64,000 nucleotides of DNA from IMG/VR virus record IMGVR_UViG_3300037067_003729. One strand, 5' to 3'. Both the position numbers and the translations under genes were made by a program. The stretch's first letter is position 1; each line of letters opens with the position of its first letter. This document shows positions 29,462 to 39,577 of this stretch, piece after piece. Below the pieces are notes generated by a model. It searched no databases. It was given only the letters and a program-made list of their open reading frames with translations, and was not told the origin of the DNA. The DNA is from an uncultured virus (IMG/VR IMGVR_UViG_3300037067_003729) (lineage: Duplodnaviria; Heunggongvirae; Uroviricota; Caudoviricetes).

Positions 29462-29985
29462 TGAAAATCACATTAGCACAGGTAAAACCCAGTAACAACT
29501 GGGAGGTCGTTGAAAATCACCCCATATTCTGGCCCGAACTTGTCACACCAACATGTATAAACAGCCTGACGGGATACGGATATGAAGAAAACCTTTCCGG
29601 ACTAAAGTTCAATACATACCGCATAGGTGATTTTGTTTATCGAAAGAGCCACCTATTCCCAGAATATGATGATGACAGGACCGCAGGGGTAAAATTACCA
29701 CACACCTACATAAATGGCATGAAAACCTATGTGGTTATTTGTTATGACCTGCGCTTCCCTGAACTGTTTGCACAAATGGAAAAGCCTGATTTGATAATTG
29801 TCCCTGCTGACTGGCCCCTTAAACGTATACACCACTGGGACGCGCTGCTGAAGGCAAGGGCTATTGAGGAAAAATGTTTTGTTGCCGGCATAAATGTGAA
29901 TGGTCACAGTGCGGTATACAACTGGAACGGGGACTGTCTGAATGAACTTGATGAAACAGAAAGGTTAATTGAGGTAGAGATATGA
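29461..29985 (+). CDS. Minimal carbon-nitrogen hydrolase (nitrilase family)
   Basis: Catalytic triad motifs WPEL, YRKSHLF, ICYDLRFPE; PADWP..R..HW..LLKARAIE. Confidence 0.9.
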   Translation: MKITLAQVKPSNNWEVVENHPIFWPELVTPTCINSLTGYGYEENLSGLKFNTYRIGDFVYRKSHLFPEYDDDRTAGVKLPHTYINGMKTYVVICYDLRFPELFAQMEKPDLIIVPADWPLKRIHHWDALLKARAIEEKCFVAGINVNGHSAVYNWNGDCLNELDETERLIEVEI

Positions 29986-30878
29986 GGTTTGGAATTATTG
30001 GACGAGGTTCAATGAGTAAGAGAAGGCAACGTTGTTTGGAAGTCTTGGGATACGATGAGTATTTCACATGGGACACAATGGATGATAGCAAATATGACGA
30101 TGTAGTTACGGTATTAAAACCCGATGCATTACTTGTATGCAGTCCTCCTTTGACAAAACAAATTTACATTGATTTAGCAAATGTGCTAAAAATTCCATGT
30201 TTTTGTGAGGCTGATATAACGGAATATACAGGAACATACTACAGTTCATCTACTATGCGTTTCCATCCAGCAATACAGAAGATAAAGGAACTCATTGGTA
30301 ATGGTACGTTAGGTAAAATCTATACCTTTACTCATCATTGCGGAAATCATATCGAGGATTGGCACCCCGGTTGTGACAAAAAAACGTATTACGCCATGAA
30401 AAAGGAAACAGGAGGTTGTAAAGAGATATTACCCTTTGAATTATCATGGTTGTCTTACTTATTCGGATCCCCGATTGACTGCACTGGATTCATTGACAAA
30501 AAACTGAACGACCCGGACATATCAGCGGATGATGTATATTCTGCGTCGGTGAAATTTGCGACAGTAACCGGCACTATGCTGGTAGATATTGTTTCAAGGC
30601 CAGCAATAAGAGAATTGCGCGTTGTTTGCGAACGTGGCTTTATTGAATGGAATTGGAATGACGATTATGTATTTATACGTGGAACAAACGAACAAAATGG
30701 CATAATTTCTTTTGACAAAGGTACGGCTGCAGAAGGGTATAACTCTAATATTTGCGAAGAAATGTATCAAAAAGAACTTGCAAACTGGATTGCAGCAATA
30801 CAGGGCAAGGAACAATATTTATTCAGCCGCGAGGACGAAAAGGCTGTTATGGAAATGTTGAGAAAGGTGGAGAGATAG
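29982..30878 (+). CDS. Gfo/Idh/MocA NAD(P)-dependent oxidoreductase
   Basis: GIIGRGSMSKRR Rossmann motif, MRFHPAI..IKE.I..G.LG, DWHP. Confidence 0.88.
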   Translation: MRFGIIGRGSMSKRRQRCLEVLGYDEYFTWDTMDDSKYDDVVTVLKPDALLVCSPPLTKQIYIDLANVLKIPCFCEADITEYTGTYYSSSTMRFHPAIQKIKELIGNGTLGKIYTFTHHCGNHIEDWHPGCDKKTYYAMKKETGGCKEILPFELSWLSYLFGSPIDCTGFIDKKLNDPDISADDVYSASVKFATVTGTMLVDIVSRPAIRELRVVCERGFIEWNWNDDYVFIRGTNEQNGIISFDKGTAAEGYNSNICEEMYQKELANWIAAIQGKEQYLFSREDEKAVMEMLRKVER

Positions 30879-31201
30879 CACACAATATAAAAAGTAGGCG
30901 AAGGAGGATACTTAATGGTTATATGATTAAAAAGTTAAAGAGAAAGCTGAGAATGGTGGTAAAGCATGTAAATCTAAAACTTATAATTAACAAAAGAATC
31001 CTCTTATGTAAAAATGTAGACAGTGAGACGTATACCAAATGCGGATATTGTAAGTATACTCAAAGATGTTATAGAAAGTATCTTAACAGGGTTAAATGGA
31101 TTATATAAATAATACGCAACAGAAGTATAGTTTGAACACAGCAACTTAACAGGCTGTTTTTTTAATGCCAATTTTCAAAGATAGAAATTTTAGGAGGTCA
31201 T

Positions 31202-31573
31202 ATGCCAACAAAAGAACAGATTGAAGCAATGGTAAAAACATTTAAACTGCAAGATTGGGAAATCGACGTTCAAGAAGATGAAACGATTACTGATTGTGCT
31301 CGCACTTTGCTGATTTTTAACGATTATAAAGCTTGTATCAAACTCAAAAAGCAGAATTCTGATATTGAACAAGAAAAGTCACTAATTCATGAACTGCTAC
31401 ACTTGATTTTTAGAGATGCCTACGACATTTTTGACGCGCAGTGTAAGGATGAATTTGCAAAAGAATATTGTCAAAAGCAGCATGAACGGGCAATTGAAAA
31501 GACTTCAAAAATAATCTATTCATTGTTGCACTCAGAAAGCGAGGTCACAAATGAAACATTACGCAACATATAG
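31202..31573 (+). CDS. HExxH zinc metallopeptidase-like protein
   Basis: LQDWEI...LIHELLHL...HERAIE. Confidence 0.7.
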   Translation: MPTKEQIEAMVKTFKLQDWEIDVQEDETITDCARTLLIFNDYKACIKLKKQNSDIEQEKSLIHELLHLIFRDAYDIFDAQCKDEFAKEYCQKQHERAIEKTSKIIYSLLHSESEVTNETLRNI

Positions 31574-32840
31574 TAGAAGTGATGATTGTTTTAGCAGCAA
31601 TTGCCCGCAAGTCTTCATAAAAGGATCCGGTTGTCACGTCACATCAGATGACGGCAGGGAATTCATCGATTTTGGCATGGCACTCAGAAGTGTTATTTTA
31701 GGTTACTGCAATCCTATAGTGGACGAAGCCGTAAAGAAGGCCATAGACAAAGGCGTATGCTTTACGCGGTCTAATCCGTATGAAGGGGAATTGAAAGAAC
31801 TACTAAAGTCAATTATCCCATGTGCTGAAGAGGTCAAACTTGGCAAGAATGGTTCTGATGTAACACATGCCGCCGTAAAGTTAGCTAGGGCATACACAGG
31901 TAGGAATTTAGTGCTTATTGCAGAAGAAAACCCATTTATTTCAACGGCAGACTTTTTCATTGGTACAACTCTGGTAAATGACGGTATACCGCGCGATGAA
32001 ACAGTAAGAAAATATTCCTACAACAATATGAACGTAAACGACAGGCCATATAACGCATCTGAAGCTGATTGGAACGACAATTACATTAGCCTTGAGGAAT
32101 ACGTCGGTCAACATAACATCGCCGCAATTATCCTTGACCCTTCCACTATAGACATAAACCGTGAAAAGCTTCAGTATATCCGCGATTTGTGCGATAAATA
32201 CGGCATAATCATGATACTTGATGAGGTTATATCAGGTTTCCGTTATGGAATGGGTGGTGTACAAGGATTATTCGGCGTCAAACCTGACCTTTGTACTCTT
32301 GGAAAAGCCATGGGAAATGGATATGCTGTGTCTGCTTTGTGTGGTAGAAAGGAATTATTTGACCTTGGCTTGCGGGATAAAGGAAATGTCTTTCTGTTAT
32401 CCGGTACGTATTTTTCCAACACTCCTGACATAGCTGCAGCAATTGCCTGCGTGAGAGAATTGCAGGAAGTACCTGAATATATTTGGGAAACAGGACAAGA
32501 CTTTTCCGACAGGTTAAGGGTAACAATACACAGCGCTAAAATGAGTCCTTATATGCAAATCAACGACTGGATGCCGTGTAACCCATTGATTGTATATGAA
32601 ACCTATGATGATAAATTTGCACTGTTGGAACTTAAGACCTTGTTCGACCAGGAAATGGTTAAGCAGGGTATTTTAATGCCTTACATAGCGATCAGTGCGT
32701 CGCATACTAAAAAGGAAATCCAGCAAACGGTTGACGCTGCCGAATACGCCTTAAGTGTATGCAAAAAGGCAATAGACAGTGGGAATGTAAAGGAAAGTCT
32801 ATGTGGACATTGCGAAAAACCAGTCTTCAGAAAGGTGTGA
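31551..32840 (+). CDS. Class III PLP aminotransferase (GSA-aminomutase-like, glycan-locus type)
   Basis: GREFIDFGMAL..VILGY, KNGSDVTHAAVKLARAYTGR, DEVISGFR, PDL.TLGKAMGNG, LLSGT. Confidence 0.92.
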   Translation: MKHYATYSRSDDCFSSNCPQVFIKGSGCHVTSDDGREFIDFGMALRSVILGYCNPIVDEAVKKAIDKGVCFTRSNPYEGELKELLKSIIPCAEEVKLGKNGSDVTHAAVKLARAYTGRNLVLIAEENPFISTADFFIGTTLVNDGIPRDETVRKYSYNNMNVNDRPYNASEADWNDNYISLEEYVGQHNIAAIILDPSTIDINREKLQYIRDLCDKYGIIMILDEVISGFRYGMGGVQGLFGVKPDLCTLGKAMGNGYAVSALCGRKELFDLGLRDKGNVFLLSGTYFSNTPDIAAAIACVRELQEVPEYIWETGQDFSDRLRVTIHSAKMSPYMQINDWMPCNPLIVYETYDDKFALLELKTLFDQEMVKQGILMPYIAISASHTKKEIQQTVDAAEYALSVCKKAIDSGNVKESLCGHCEKPVFRKV

Positions 32841-32841
32841 T

Positions 32842-33306
32842 ATGATGGAAATTGATCAAATAGAGAATATCCTTCGATACCACAACCAAAACGGCTTCCG
32901 AAACGATTTAAAAATGATGTATGGCAGAATAACAGACATGAAAGGTTCACAATGCGAACTATCTGCCATAAATTATAATGTGGCGGTTCCGGCTAACCGT
33001 AACAATGTGTCAACCGTAGAGGTTTATGTCGTCAGAAACGCCACTATAACAGAAACCGAAATGGAAACAAAGGAACTTGACCGTTTTATTAATAAACTTG
33101 ATCGTGCTATTGACGGTTTGATACCGAATGAAAAAAGTATTATCATGTCAAGATATTTCACAAAAGATGGTAGCACAAAAGAGTTTAAAAATGTGGCTCT
33201 GGAATGCAATTACAGTGAAGATTGGTGCAAAGAGCTGAATAAAAGGGCTTTAGAACATATAGATGCCTTTTTGTCTGGGTATAAAATTGAATGGCAAACA
33301 TTATAG
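32842..33306 (+). CDS. ArpU/RinA-like late transcriptional activator (2)
   Basis: LDRAIDGL.PNEKSIIMSRYF....VALECNYSEDWC...KRAL; directly upstream of terL. Confidence 0.72.
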   Translation: MMEIDQIENILRYHNQNGFRNDLKMMYGRITDMKGSQCELSAINYNVAVPANRNNVSTVEVYVVRNATITETEMETKELDRFINKLDRAIDGLIPNEKSIIMSRYFTKDGSTKEFKNVALECNYSEDWCKELNKRALEHIDAFLSGYKIEWQTL

Positions 33307-33419
33307 TCCACTTTTAAGCCACTTTAAAAGAAAAAATACGATATATACTAAGATTATGGAATTCTCCTTTTTAGGGCGGGAAACCGCCTGATTTTTTATG
33401 TCTAAATTGGGGTGAAATA

Positions 33420-35150
33420 GTGGACGATCTGAAAAAACTTATAAATGGCACTAAATTATACTTTAAAACTTGTCTAAAAATACGAGACAGGGAAACCAGC
33501 ACAATAAAACCGTTTATAACCAACAAAAGCCAAGACAGACTTGTAAAAATCGTTGAGGATTGGAAAAAACAGTATCCTGACGAAACAACAAGACCTACAT
33601 TATATGTAATAATATGTAAAAGTCGTAAACAGGGTTTTAGCACATGCACTGAGGCTATTTTTTTTAAAGAATTACATTTTAGTTTAGGCAAAGTTGCAAT
33701 GATAGTCAGCTATGATGCAGATAGTGCAACTACCATAAACAACATGTCAGACTTGTTTTATCAGGAATTACCACAATTTCTAAAACCGGCAAAACGGTCT
33801 AGTTTAAGCAAAGGACTGTTACTGGAAAATCCGAAGTTTGATCCATCAAAACCAACTTCAACAAATAATGACCCGGGATTGCAATGTAAATTCCTAATTG
33901 AAACAGCAGACAACAAAAATGCCGGTTCTTCATATACGATAAATTACCTTCATTTATCAGAGGTGGCGAAATGGCCGGGAAACATCAAGGAAACAATGAC
34001 ATCATTGCTCAACTCTGTTCCACAGACGAACAGTATTGTCATTTGTGAAAGCACTTCCAAGGGCATGAACTACTTTAAAAGCCTGTGGGATGATGCGGTA
34101 CTGAGAAAAAACAGTTATATTACATTATTTGTTCCGTGGTTTGATGATGAAGGTTATAGGATGCCTTATACCGGATTTGAACTGGACGATGAAGAAATAC
34201 GTATCAAAAAGGAATATAACCTTGACAACGACCAATTAGAATGGCGCAGATGGGCTATAAAAAATAAATGTTCAGGCGACTTGGACCAATTTCATCAAGA
34301 GTACCCTGCCTGTCCCGAAGAAAGCTTCCTTTCGTCAGGCAGACCAGTATTCGACATGTCAAAAATAACCAGACGGCTTGAGTACCTAAGAAATGAATAT
34401 GATAAAAAACCGCCAGATGTCGGATACATCGATATTGTTAACGGTAAGTACGTATTTGTACCAGATAAAAACGGTTCGCTGACAATTTATGAACACCCGA
34501 AAGTTAATCGCCCCTATTGCATTGGTGCAGATGCAGCTGAAGGCATACGCGGAGGTGATTATAGCGTCAGCCAAGTTTGTGACAACACAACCGGAAATCA
34601 AGTTGCGACACAAAGGTCACACATTGAACCGGATAGATTTGCAGAAGAACAGATAAAACTTGCACGGTATTACAATAATGCCCTTATTTCTAACGAACAG
34701 AACAATCATGGGCTTACTGTTATAAAACACTTGCAGTATTTGGGATATTACAATCAATACAAACGTGAAACATACGATGAAATCTCTCAAAAGAGACAGC
34801 AAAAATTCGGATTCCTTACGACAGTTTCAACGCGCCCGAAACTTATAGACAAGACAAGGGCAATAGTGCGTGACGAAGCTTACCTTATAAACGACGTTGC
34901 TACGTTGCAAGAAATGACAACCTTTATATACGCGCATAGTGGAAAAGAAGAAGCTGAACAAGGATTCCATGACGATTGTGTACTTTCTTTCGCGATCATG
35001 CACGAAGCCCGGTCACAGCAACGCGCCTATTCCGCGCCCGAACCTGAGAAATGGGACAGCACAAAATACACACATCCAAGTATATTGATAGATTCAACCA
35101 AAAATCCACAGTTGAAACGATATTATCAAAAAAAGTATGGAAGGAAATGA
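33420..35150 (+). CDS. terL: Terminase large subunit
   Basis: CKSRKQGFST Walker A, LHLSEVA Walker B, ESTSKG, FVPWF, F.QEYP, IGADAAEG..GDYS, EQNNHG, HDDCV. Confidence 0.95.
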   Translation: MDDLKKLINGTKLYFKTCLKIRDRETSTIKPFITNKSQDRLVKIVEDWKKQYPDETTRPTLYVIICKSRKQGFSTCTEAIFFKELHFSLGKVAMIVSYDADSATTINNMSDLFYQELPQFLKPAKRSSLSKGLLLENPKFDPSKPTSTNNDPGLQCKFLIETADNKNAGSSYTINYLHLSEVAKWPGNIKETMTSLLNSVPQTNSIVICESTSKGMNYFKSLWDDAVLRKNSYITLFVPWFDDEGYRMPYTGFELDDEEIRIKKEYNLDNDQLEWRRWAIKNKCSGDLDQFHQEYPACPEESFLSSGRPVFDMSKITRRLEYLRNEYDKKPPDVGYIDIVNGKYVFVPDKNGSLTIYEHPKVNRPYCIGADAAEGIRGGDYSVSQVCDNTTGNQVATQRSHIEPDRFAEEQIKLARYYNNALISNEQNNHGLTVIKHLQYLGYYNQYKRETYDEISQKRQQKFGFLTTVSTRPKLIDKTRAIVRDEAYLINDVATLQEMTTFIYAHSGKEEAEQGFHDDCVLSFAIMHEARSQQRAYSAPEPEKWDSTKYTHPSILIDSTKNPQLKRYYQKKYGRK

Positions 35151-35506
35151 TTATGGATTACGAAAAGAATTCTGGACCGGAAATACATATTTCCCCTGAA
35201 AACAAACCAATAAAGGATGTGCCGAAACGCCCGGAAACAAAACGCCCCTCGATGATCGATATGTCCAACGATGAACTGATGGAATTTGCAGCGGAAAGAT
35301 TAATAGGTCTTCCTGCAACATTTGATGAAAAGCTTTATCGGACAGATAATGCATATAAAAATTCATTCGACATCGAATTCATGTACGGCGTTTGGGCTTA
35401 TTCAATGCTTGGGTTCCGAGATATAGGGTTCCCAATATCCCATTTTATGGAAGAATATGCAAAGTCGCTTAATAAAGTTCAAATACGAAAACGGATACTT
35501 GGGTAA
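35147..35506 (+). CDS. hypothetical protein
   Basis: ATGA overlap with terL stop. Confidence 0.6.
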   Translation: MIMDYEKNSGPEIHISPENKPIKDVPKRPETKRPSMIDMSNDELMEFAAERLIGLPATFDEKLYRTDNAYKNSFDIEFMYGVWAYSMLGFRDIGFPISHFMEEYAKSLNKVQIRKRILG

Positions 35507-35535
35507 TTGCACACTTAGATTTGGGAGATATTAAA

Positions 35536-35793
35536 ATGCTAATTAAAAAGTGTAAACAGTGCGGCAAAGAAGAAAAACTTACACAAGACCATTTTAAGGC
35601 GCTTTCCAACAATGGAGAATATACCAAAAACAATATAATACCTGCGTGTATTAATTGCAATAGCAGTAAAAATGATGCAGACTTTTTCGCGTGGTATCCA
35701 AAACAATCATTTTATAGTAAAAAGCAAGAACTAAAAATTTTAAAATATTTGAACTACGATCCAAAAACAAAATATCAACAATTAGCGATATAA
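35536..35793 (+). CDS. Short HNH endonuclease
   Basis: CKQCG..LTQDH...LS.NG....NNIIPACINCNSSK. Confidence 0.82.
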   Translation: MLIKKCKQCGKEEKLTQDHFKALSNNGEYTKNNIIPACINCNSSKNDADFFAWYPKQSFYSKKQELKILKYLNYDPKTKYQQLAI

Positions 35794-35814
35794 AGCTTGT
35801 TAGGATGATGATAT

Positions 35815-37791
35815 ATGGATATTTTAAAACCGATAAAATCACTCGTTAAAGGGGTGAAAAGAAAAATGGATGAAATTAAAGATATGGATGAAATGGTCAG
35901 GGAAGCAACTGAACTAATGGACGAGTATCTTTTAGCTGACAAAGAGAAACAACCTTGGAATGAAAAGTTTGATCGTGAGGAAAAAATCTATGTCGGCGAC
36001 AGGACGTTCGGCAATACATATTCATCTGCGGCAACCGACGATGCACGTACTCCCATAAGGATATCACAGTCCATCATAGAAGCACAGATTGACCTTAACA
36101 TCCCTGAAGCCGTGTTCAAACCCATAACGGAAGATGATGAAAGTGCCGTCAAGAAACTACAGGCTGAGGCTGACTACACGATACGGAACAGTGACCTTGA
36201 TGAAGTGAATTCATCCGCTGAAAGGGTGGTTAAAAAGCACGGTATCACCTGTTATAAGGTTTTGTGGAATCCCAGCTACCAAGGTCCGGGATTCAGGGGC
36301 AGACCGGAAATAATTGAGGTTCACCCCAAAAACATTGCATGGGCGGCGGGAACTGTAGACAAAAACAAATGTCAATGCATGTATCACATTGAAAATGAGA
36401 CTTTACGAGATTGTATTAAAAAGTATGGTGATATAGCCAAAAAACTCCCTGAATACGGTTTATGCGCAGATATCAAGTATGACACCGTAGGAGACGGCAA
36501 CAGTTCAAGGGTTAACAACACCAACGACGTAAACGCGCAAGTTGATTTAATGACTCAGCAAATGAATCACCCGCTAACAAAATATGTCATTGTTGAAAAA
36601 TGGCATCTTGACGACGATGATGAACTCTGCCTGACGGCATTCAGCGATAAGTTGATTTTGCTAAAGACACCTAAATACTACCACAGACGAAAGTATGACC
36701 CGGACAAGAAAGAGTTTGAACGGGACGAACAGGGCAATGAAGTCTTTGTCGACTCTGAGACCATTGCGGATGACTATAGTGAAGAAGAAGAATACGACGA
36801 CAACGGTGAAAAAAAGAAAATCCAAATCGTCAAGATACCCAAAGGCACGCAGGTTCCCTATTACTATCCAAGGGGGCCTAAGTCAATTCCGATAGTCATA
36901 CAGAATAACATTCCGCGTTCCAAGTCGATTGTAGGCATTTCTGATATCGAAAGGACTGCAGACTTTGAACAGACCATGAAAAAAATGGTCTACAGACATG
37001 AAGAAAAGATTCTCAAAGGAACGACCAAGATCCTGTACGACAAGCGGATAGAAGAAGAAGCAGCGGCATTGCTTGACAACGATAATCTTACCGTAATAGG
37101 TGTGCAGGATGTAAATAATTTTAAAGTTGTTGATTTTAAAGACAACGGACGTGAAGCACTGGAATTCTATACATTCATATCTGATCAGCTTCAGTACATG
37201 ATAGGTATTACCTCAGTCTGGCAGGGCATCAACAAAGGTGAGTCTCAGTCCGGGAAAATGACGGATTCGCTTATAAATCAAACGGCGGAGAAGATCGGCA
37301 TAAAGGCCAATGAAAAGAACATTGCCTATAAAAGAATTTATCAACTGTTATGCGATCATATCCTTTGTTTCTCAGACGGTGACAGACCGTACAGAATAGA
37401 TGCAAAACTGAAACCCGAATATGGAAAGTTCAACAAATTTGACATGGTGAAAATGACTGAAAATGGTGCGGTTTGGGCTGGATGGGACATTGAAATCTCT
37501 GCCGAACCGGCTATGAACAAAAACAGGAGTGTTTTGATTGAACAAACTAAAGAACTGGCTAGCGGTGGATTCCTTGCACCGACTGAACAAAACCTACTGG
37601 TCTGGAAACTCTTAGTCAAGATGAATTTCCCAAACTCAGCATCGATTTTACAGACTCTTCAGGAACAGTTTGACCAGCAGCAAATGATGCAGCAGGAACA
37701 GATCAAAGCACAGGCCGATAAGGTAAACAGCCCTGAGGCCCAGACGTTGAATACAATCGCTCAGAAAATAGGAGGCGGCAATGCTATCTAA
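35815..37791 (+). CDS. Portal protein (P22/podovirus-like)
   Basis: 658 aa after terL; helical, acidic, C-terminal Q-rich barrel (QQQMMQQEQ). Confidence 0.82.
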   Translation: MDILKPIKSLVKGVKRKMDEIKDMDEMVREATELMDEYLLADKEKQPWNEKFDREEKIYVGDRTFGNTYSSAATDDARTPIRISQSIIEAQIDLNIPEAVFKPITEDDESAVKKLQAEADYTIRNSDLDEVNSSAERVVKKHGITCYKVLWNPSYQGPGFRGRPEIIEVHPKNIAWAAGTVDKNKCQCMYHIENETLRDCIKKYGDIAKKLPEYGLCADIKYDTVGDGNSSRVNNTNDVNAQVDLMTQQMNHPLTKYVIVEKWHLDDDDELCLTAFSDKLILLKTPKYYHRRKYDPDKKEFERDEQGNEVFVDSETIADDYSEEEEYDDNGEKKKIQIVKIPKGTQVPYYYPRGPKSIPIVIQNNIPRSKSIVGISDIERTADFEQTMKKMVYRHEEKILKGTTKILYDKRIEEEAAALLDNDNLTVIGVQDVNNFKVVDFKDNGREALEFYTFISDQLQYMIGITSVWQGINKGESQSGKMTDSLINQTAEKIGIKANEKNIAYKRIYQLLCDHILCFSDGDRPYRIDAKLKPEYGKFNKFDMVKMTENGAVWAGWDIEISAEPAMNKNRSVLIEQTKELASGGFLAPTEQNLLVWKLLVKMNFPNSASILQTLQEQFDQQQMMQQEQIKAQADKVNSPEAQTLNTIAQKIGGGNAI

Positions 37792-38605
37792 AAACATTCT
37801 AATTATAGGCGCGAGCGGGACATTGGGGACTGCACTGATAACTGAATTAGTCAAACAGGATGTCACAATAAGGGCCTATTCAAGAAATGAATACAGGCTT
37901 TTTTTATTGCGTGAAAAGTTCAAGGAATATGAATCCAAGATGAGGTATTTGATTGGTGACATATGCGATTTGGAACGCCTTAACATGGCCATGACTAACG
38001 CAGACGTCGTTATAAATTGCGCTGCAATGAAAAGGGTAGAAATGTGCGACGAGAATCCCTTTGCCTGTCTTAATACGAACGTGGTCGGCGTACAAAAAGC
38101 CCTTGAATGTGCCGTAAAGAACAACATTGAAACTTTCATACAAATATCAACCGATAAAGCTGTCCTGCCTGTTAATATCTATGGGCATTCAAAAGCAATG
38201 TCGGAGTATTTGGTTTTGGACGCTGTGAATTGGTGCGGTAAGGCTAAAACAAAATTTATCGTAGTCAGGAGTGGAAATATTCTCGGTTCAAGCGGTTCGG
38301 TTCTCGAAATATGGCAAAAGCAAAAGGAACAAGGCTTGCCTTTGACCGTGTCTGACTTAAACGCGACTCGATACGGTGCATCAAAGGAGAGTATATCCAA
38401 GGCTATCTTGGACATTGCAGAATACTCTGTGCAGAGTGGCTTAAACGGCCTTGTGGTACTTGATATGAAAGAATATTCAATCAAGGATTTATTGGCTGAA
38501 TTTAGCGACTGTGACGTTATACATACAGGCTTGAAACCGTTTGAAAAACTCCATGAATTATTATACCGGGATGGAGAAATTTTTACGAAATGGAAGGTGA
38601 TTTAA
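37781..38605 (+). CDS. NDP-GlcNAc 4,6-dehydratase (PseB/FlaA1/CapD Polysacc_synt_2 family)
   Basis: IGASGTLG, YSRNE, IGDICD, AAMKRV..C..NP....NTNVVG, ISTDKA..PVN.YG.SK, VRSGNILGSSGSV. Confidence 0.93.
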   Translation: MLSKNILIIGASGTLGTALITELVKQDVTIRAYSRNEYRLFLLREKFKEYESKMRYLIGDICDLERLNMAMTNADVVINCAAMKRVEMCDENPFACLNTNVVGVQKALECAVKNNIETFIQISTDKAVLPVNIYGHSKAMSEYLVLDAVNWCGKAKTKFIVVRSGNILGSSGSVLEIWQKQKEQGLPLTVSDLNATRYGASKESISKAILDIAEYSVQSGLNGLVVLDMKEYSIKDLLAEFSDCDVIHTGLKPFEKLHELLYRDGEIFTKWKVI

Positions 38606-38606
38606 A

Positions 38607-38789
38607 GTGGCTAAAGCAATAAATGTTATGGATAAAAAGTGGCAAGCAGAAGAAGACGCAAGGACGCTTAGACGTGCAGAAGAAATAAAGTGTGATGCGA
38701 AACGCATGGAAGCCGCCAAGAAAGTTGCAACAGAAGAAATTTCCGCAATGAAATCCGTGATGAAGATGAAACCGGTTAAAAGGAAGTGA
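38607..38789 (+). CDS. small basic head-region protein
   Basis: KWQAEEDARTL.RAEEIK.D.KRM.AA motif. Confidence 0.65.
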   Translation: MAKAINVMDKKWQAEEDARTLRRAEEIKCDAKRMEAAKKVATEEISAMKSVMKMKPVKRK

Positions 38790-38793
38790 TTTT

Positions 38794-38961
38794 ATGCCTT
38801 TGAAATCAGGAAAGAAAAACATGAGTTCCAACATACATGAGCTCGTCAACAAGTATGAGGAAACCGGAAAGATAGGCACATCAAAGCCTAAAAGCAAGAC
38901 AAAGGCGATTAAACAGGCGGTCGCGATAGCCTACGATAAAGTCAGGAAAATGAAAGGGTGA
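38794..38961 (+). CDS. small basic protein (DUF6496-like), absent from ORF track
   Basis: Hand-translated MPLKSGKKNMSSNIHEL...KQAVAIAYDKVRKMKG. Confidence 0.65.
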   Translation: MPLKSGKKNMSSNIHELVNKYEETGKIGTSKPKSKTKAIKQAVAIAYDKVRKMKG

Positions 38962-39577
38962 TTTAAATGTATATTAGCAACGGAAGAAATGCGACTTCTA
39001 AGACAAAAACGGAGGCCATTTCAAAGATTGATAATAAGCCGTTAAAGAAAAAACCAATACCAAAGATTAAGCCTATTCCAAGGATTGATTATAAACCATT
39101 AAAGAAAAGGACCAAAAAGAAATAACACGCTTCCAAAAGGAAAGTGGTGATTGGCATGAACAAAGGTACTTTCATACAGCCCGGGGGCGGTGCAAGGGAA
39201 CACAGCCTGACAAAAGTACATAATCACCCTGGCGTAAAAGTCCAATATTTACACGATATGTTGGCTTCGCAAAAAGGCGAAAAAGAATCTCGCACAGTAA
39301 CAGAAGCCGAAGAGGAATCTATGTTTAACCAGATATGGAATCAAGATTATAGGGATAGGAGGTGATATATATGGGTAAGAAAATGCCGAACAAAGCCACG
39401 TTTGTACAGTCTGGTGGAGGTGGCGACAAACAGTCCTCGATACAAAAGATTACCAAGGGCAATGATTTGAGGTCAAAGCCTTGCCAGAATGGTGGGAAAG
39501 CAAAGCAGTAAGCGCCAATAGGACGCTTTATTAAATTAACCGTGAGATTCGGGTAAAAAACTCAATTGGAGGCAATT

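Noticed and set aside
31551..32840. hemL (tetrapyrrole biosynthesis) auxiliary gene
   Set aside because: No other heme genes; the neighbours (SpsF-like, oxidoreductase) match glycan-locus class III aminotransferases
25143..32840. Host polysaccharide island mis-joined or transduced into the phage
   Set aside because: Sugar genes are interleaved with small phage-type ORFs, the rest of the pathway lies within the structural operon, and there is no flippase, polymerase or IS boundary
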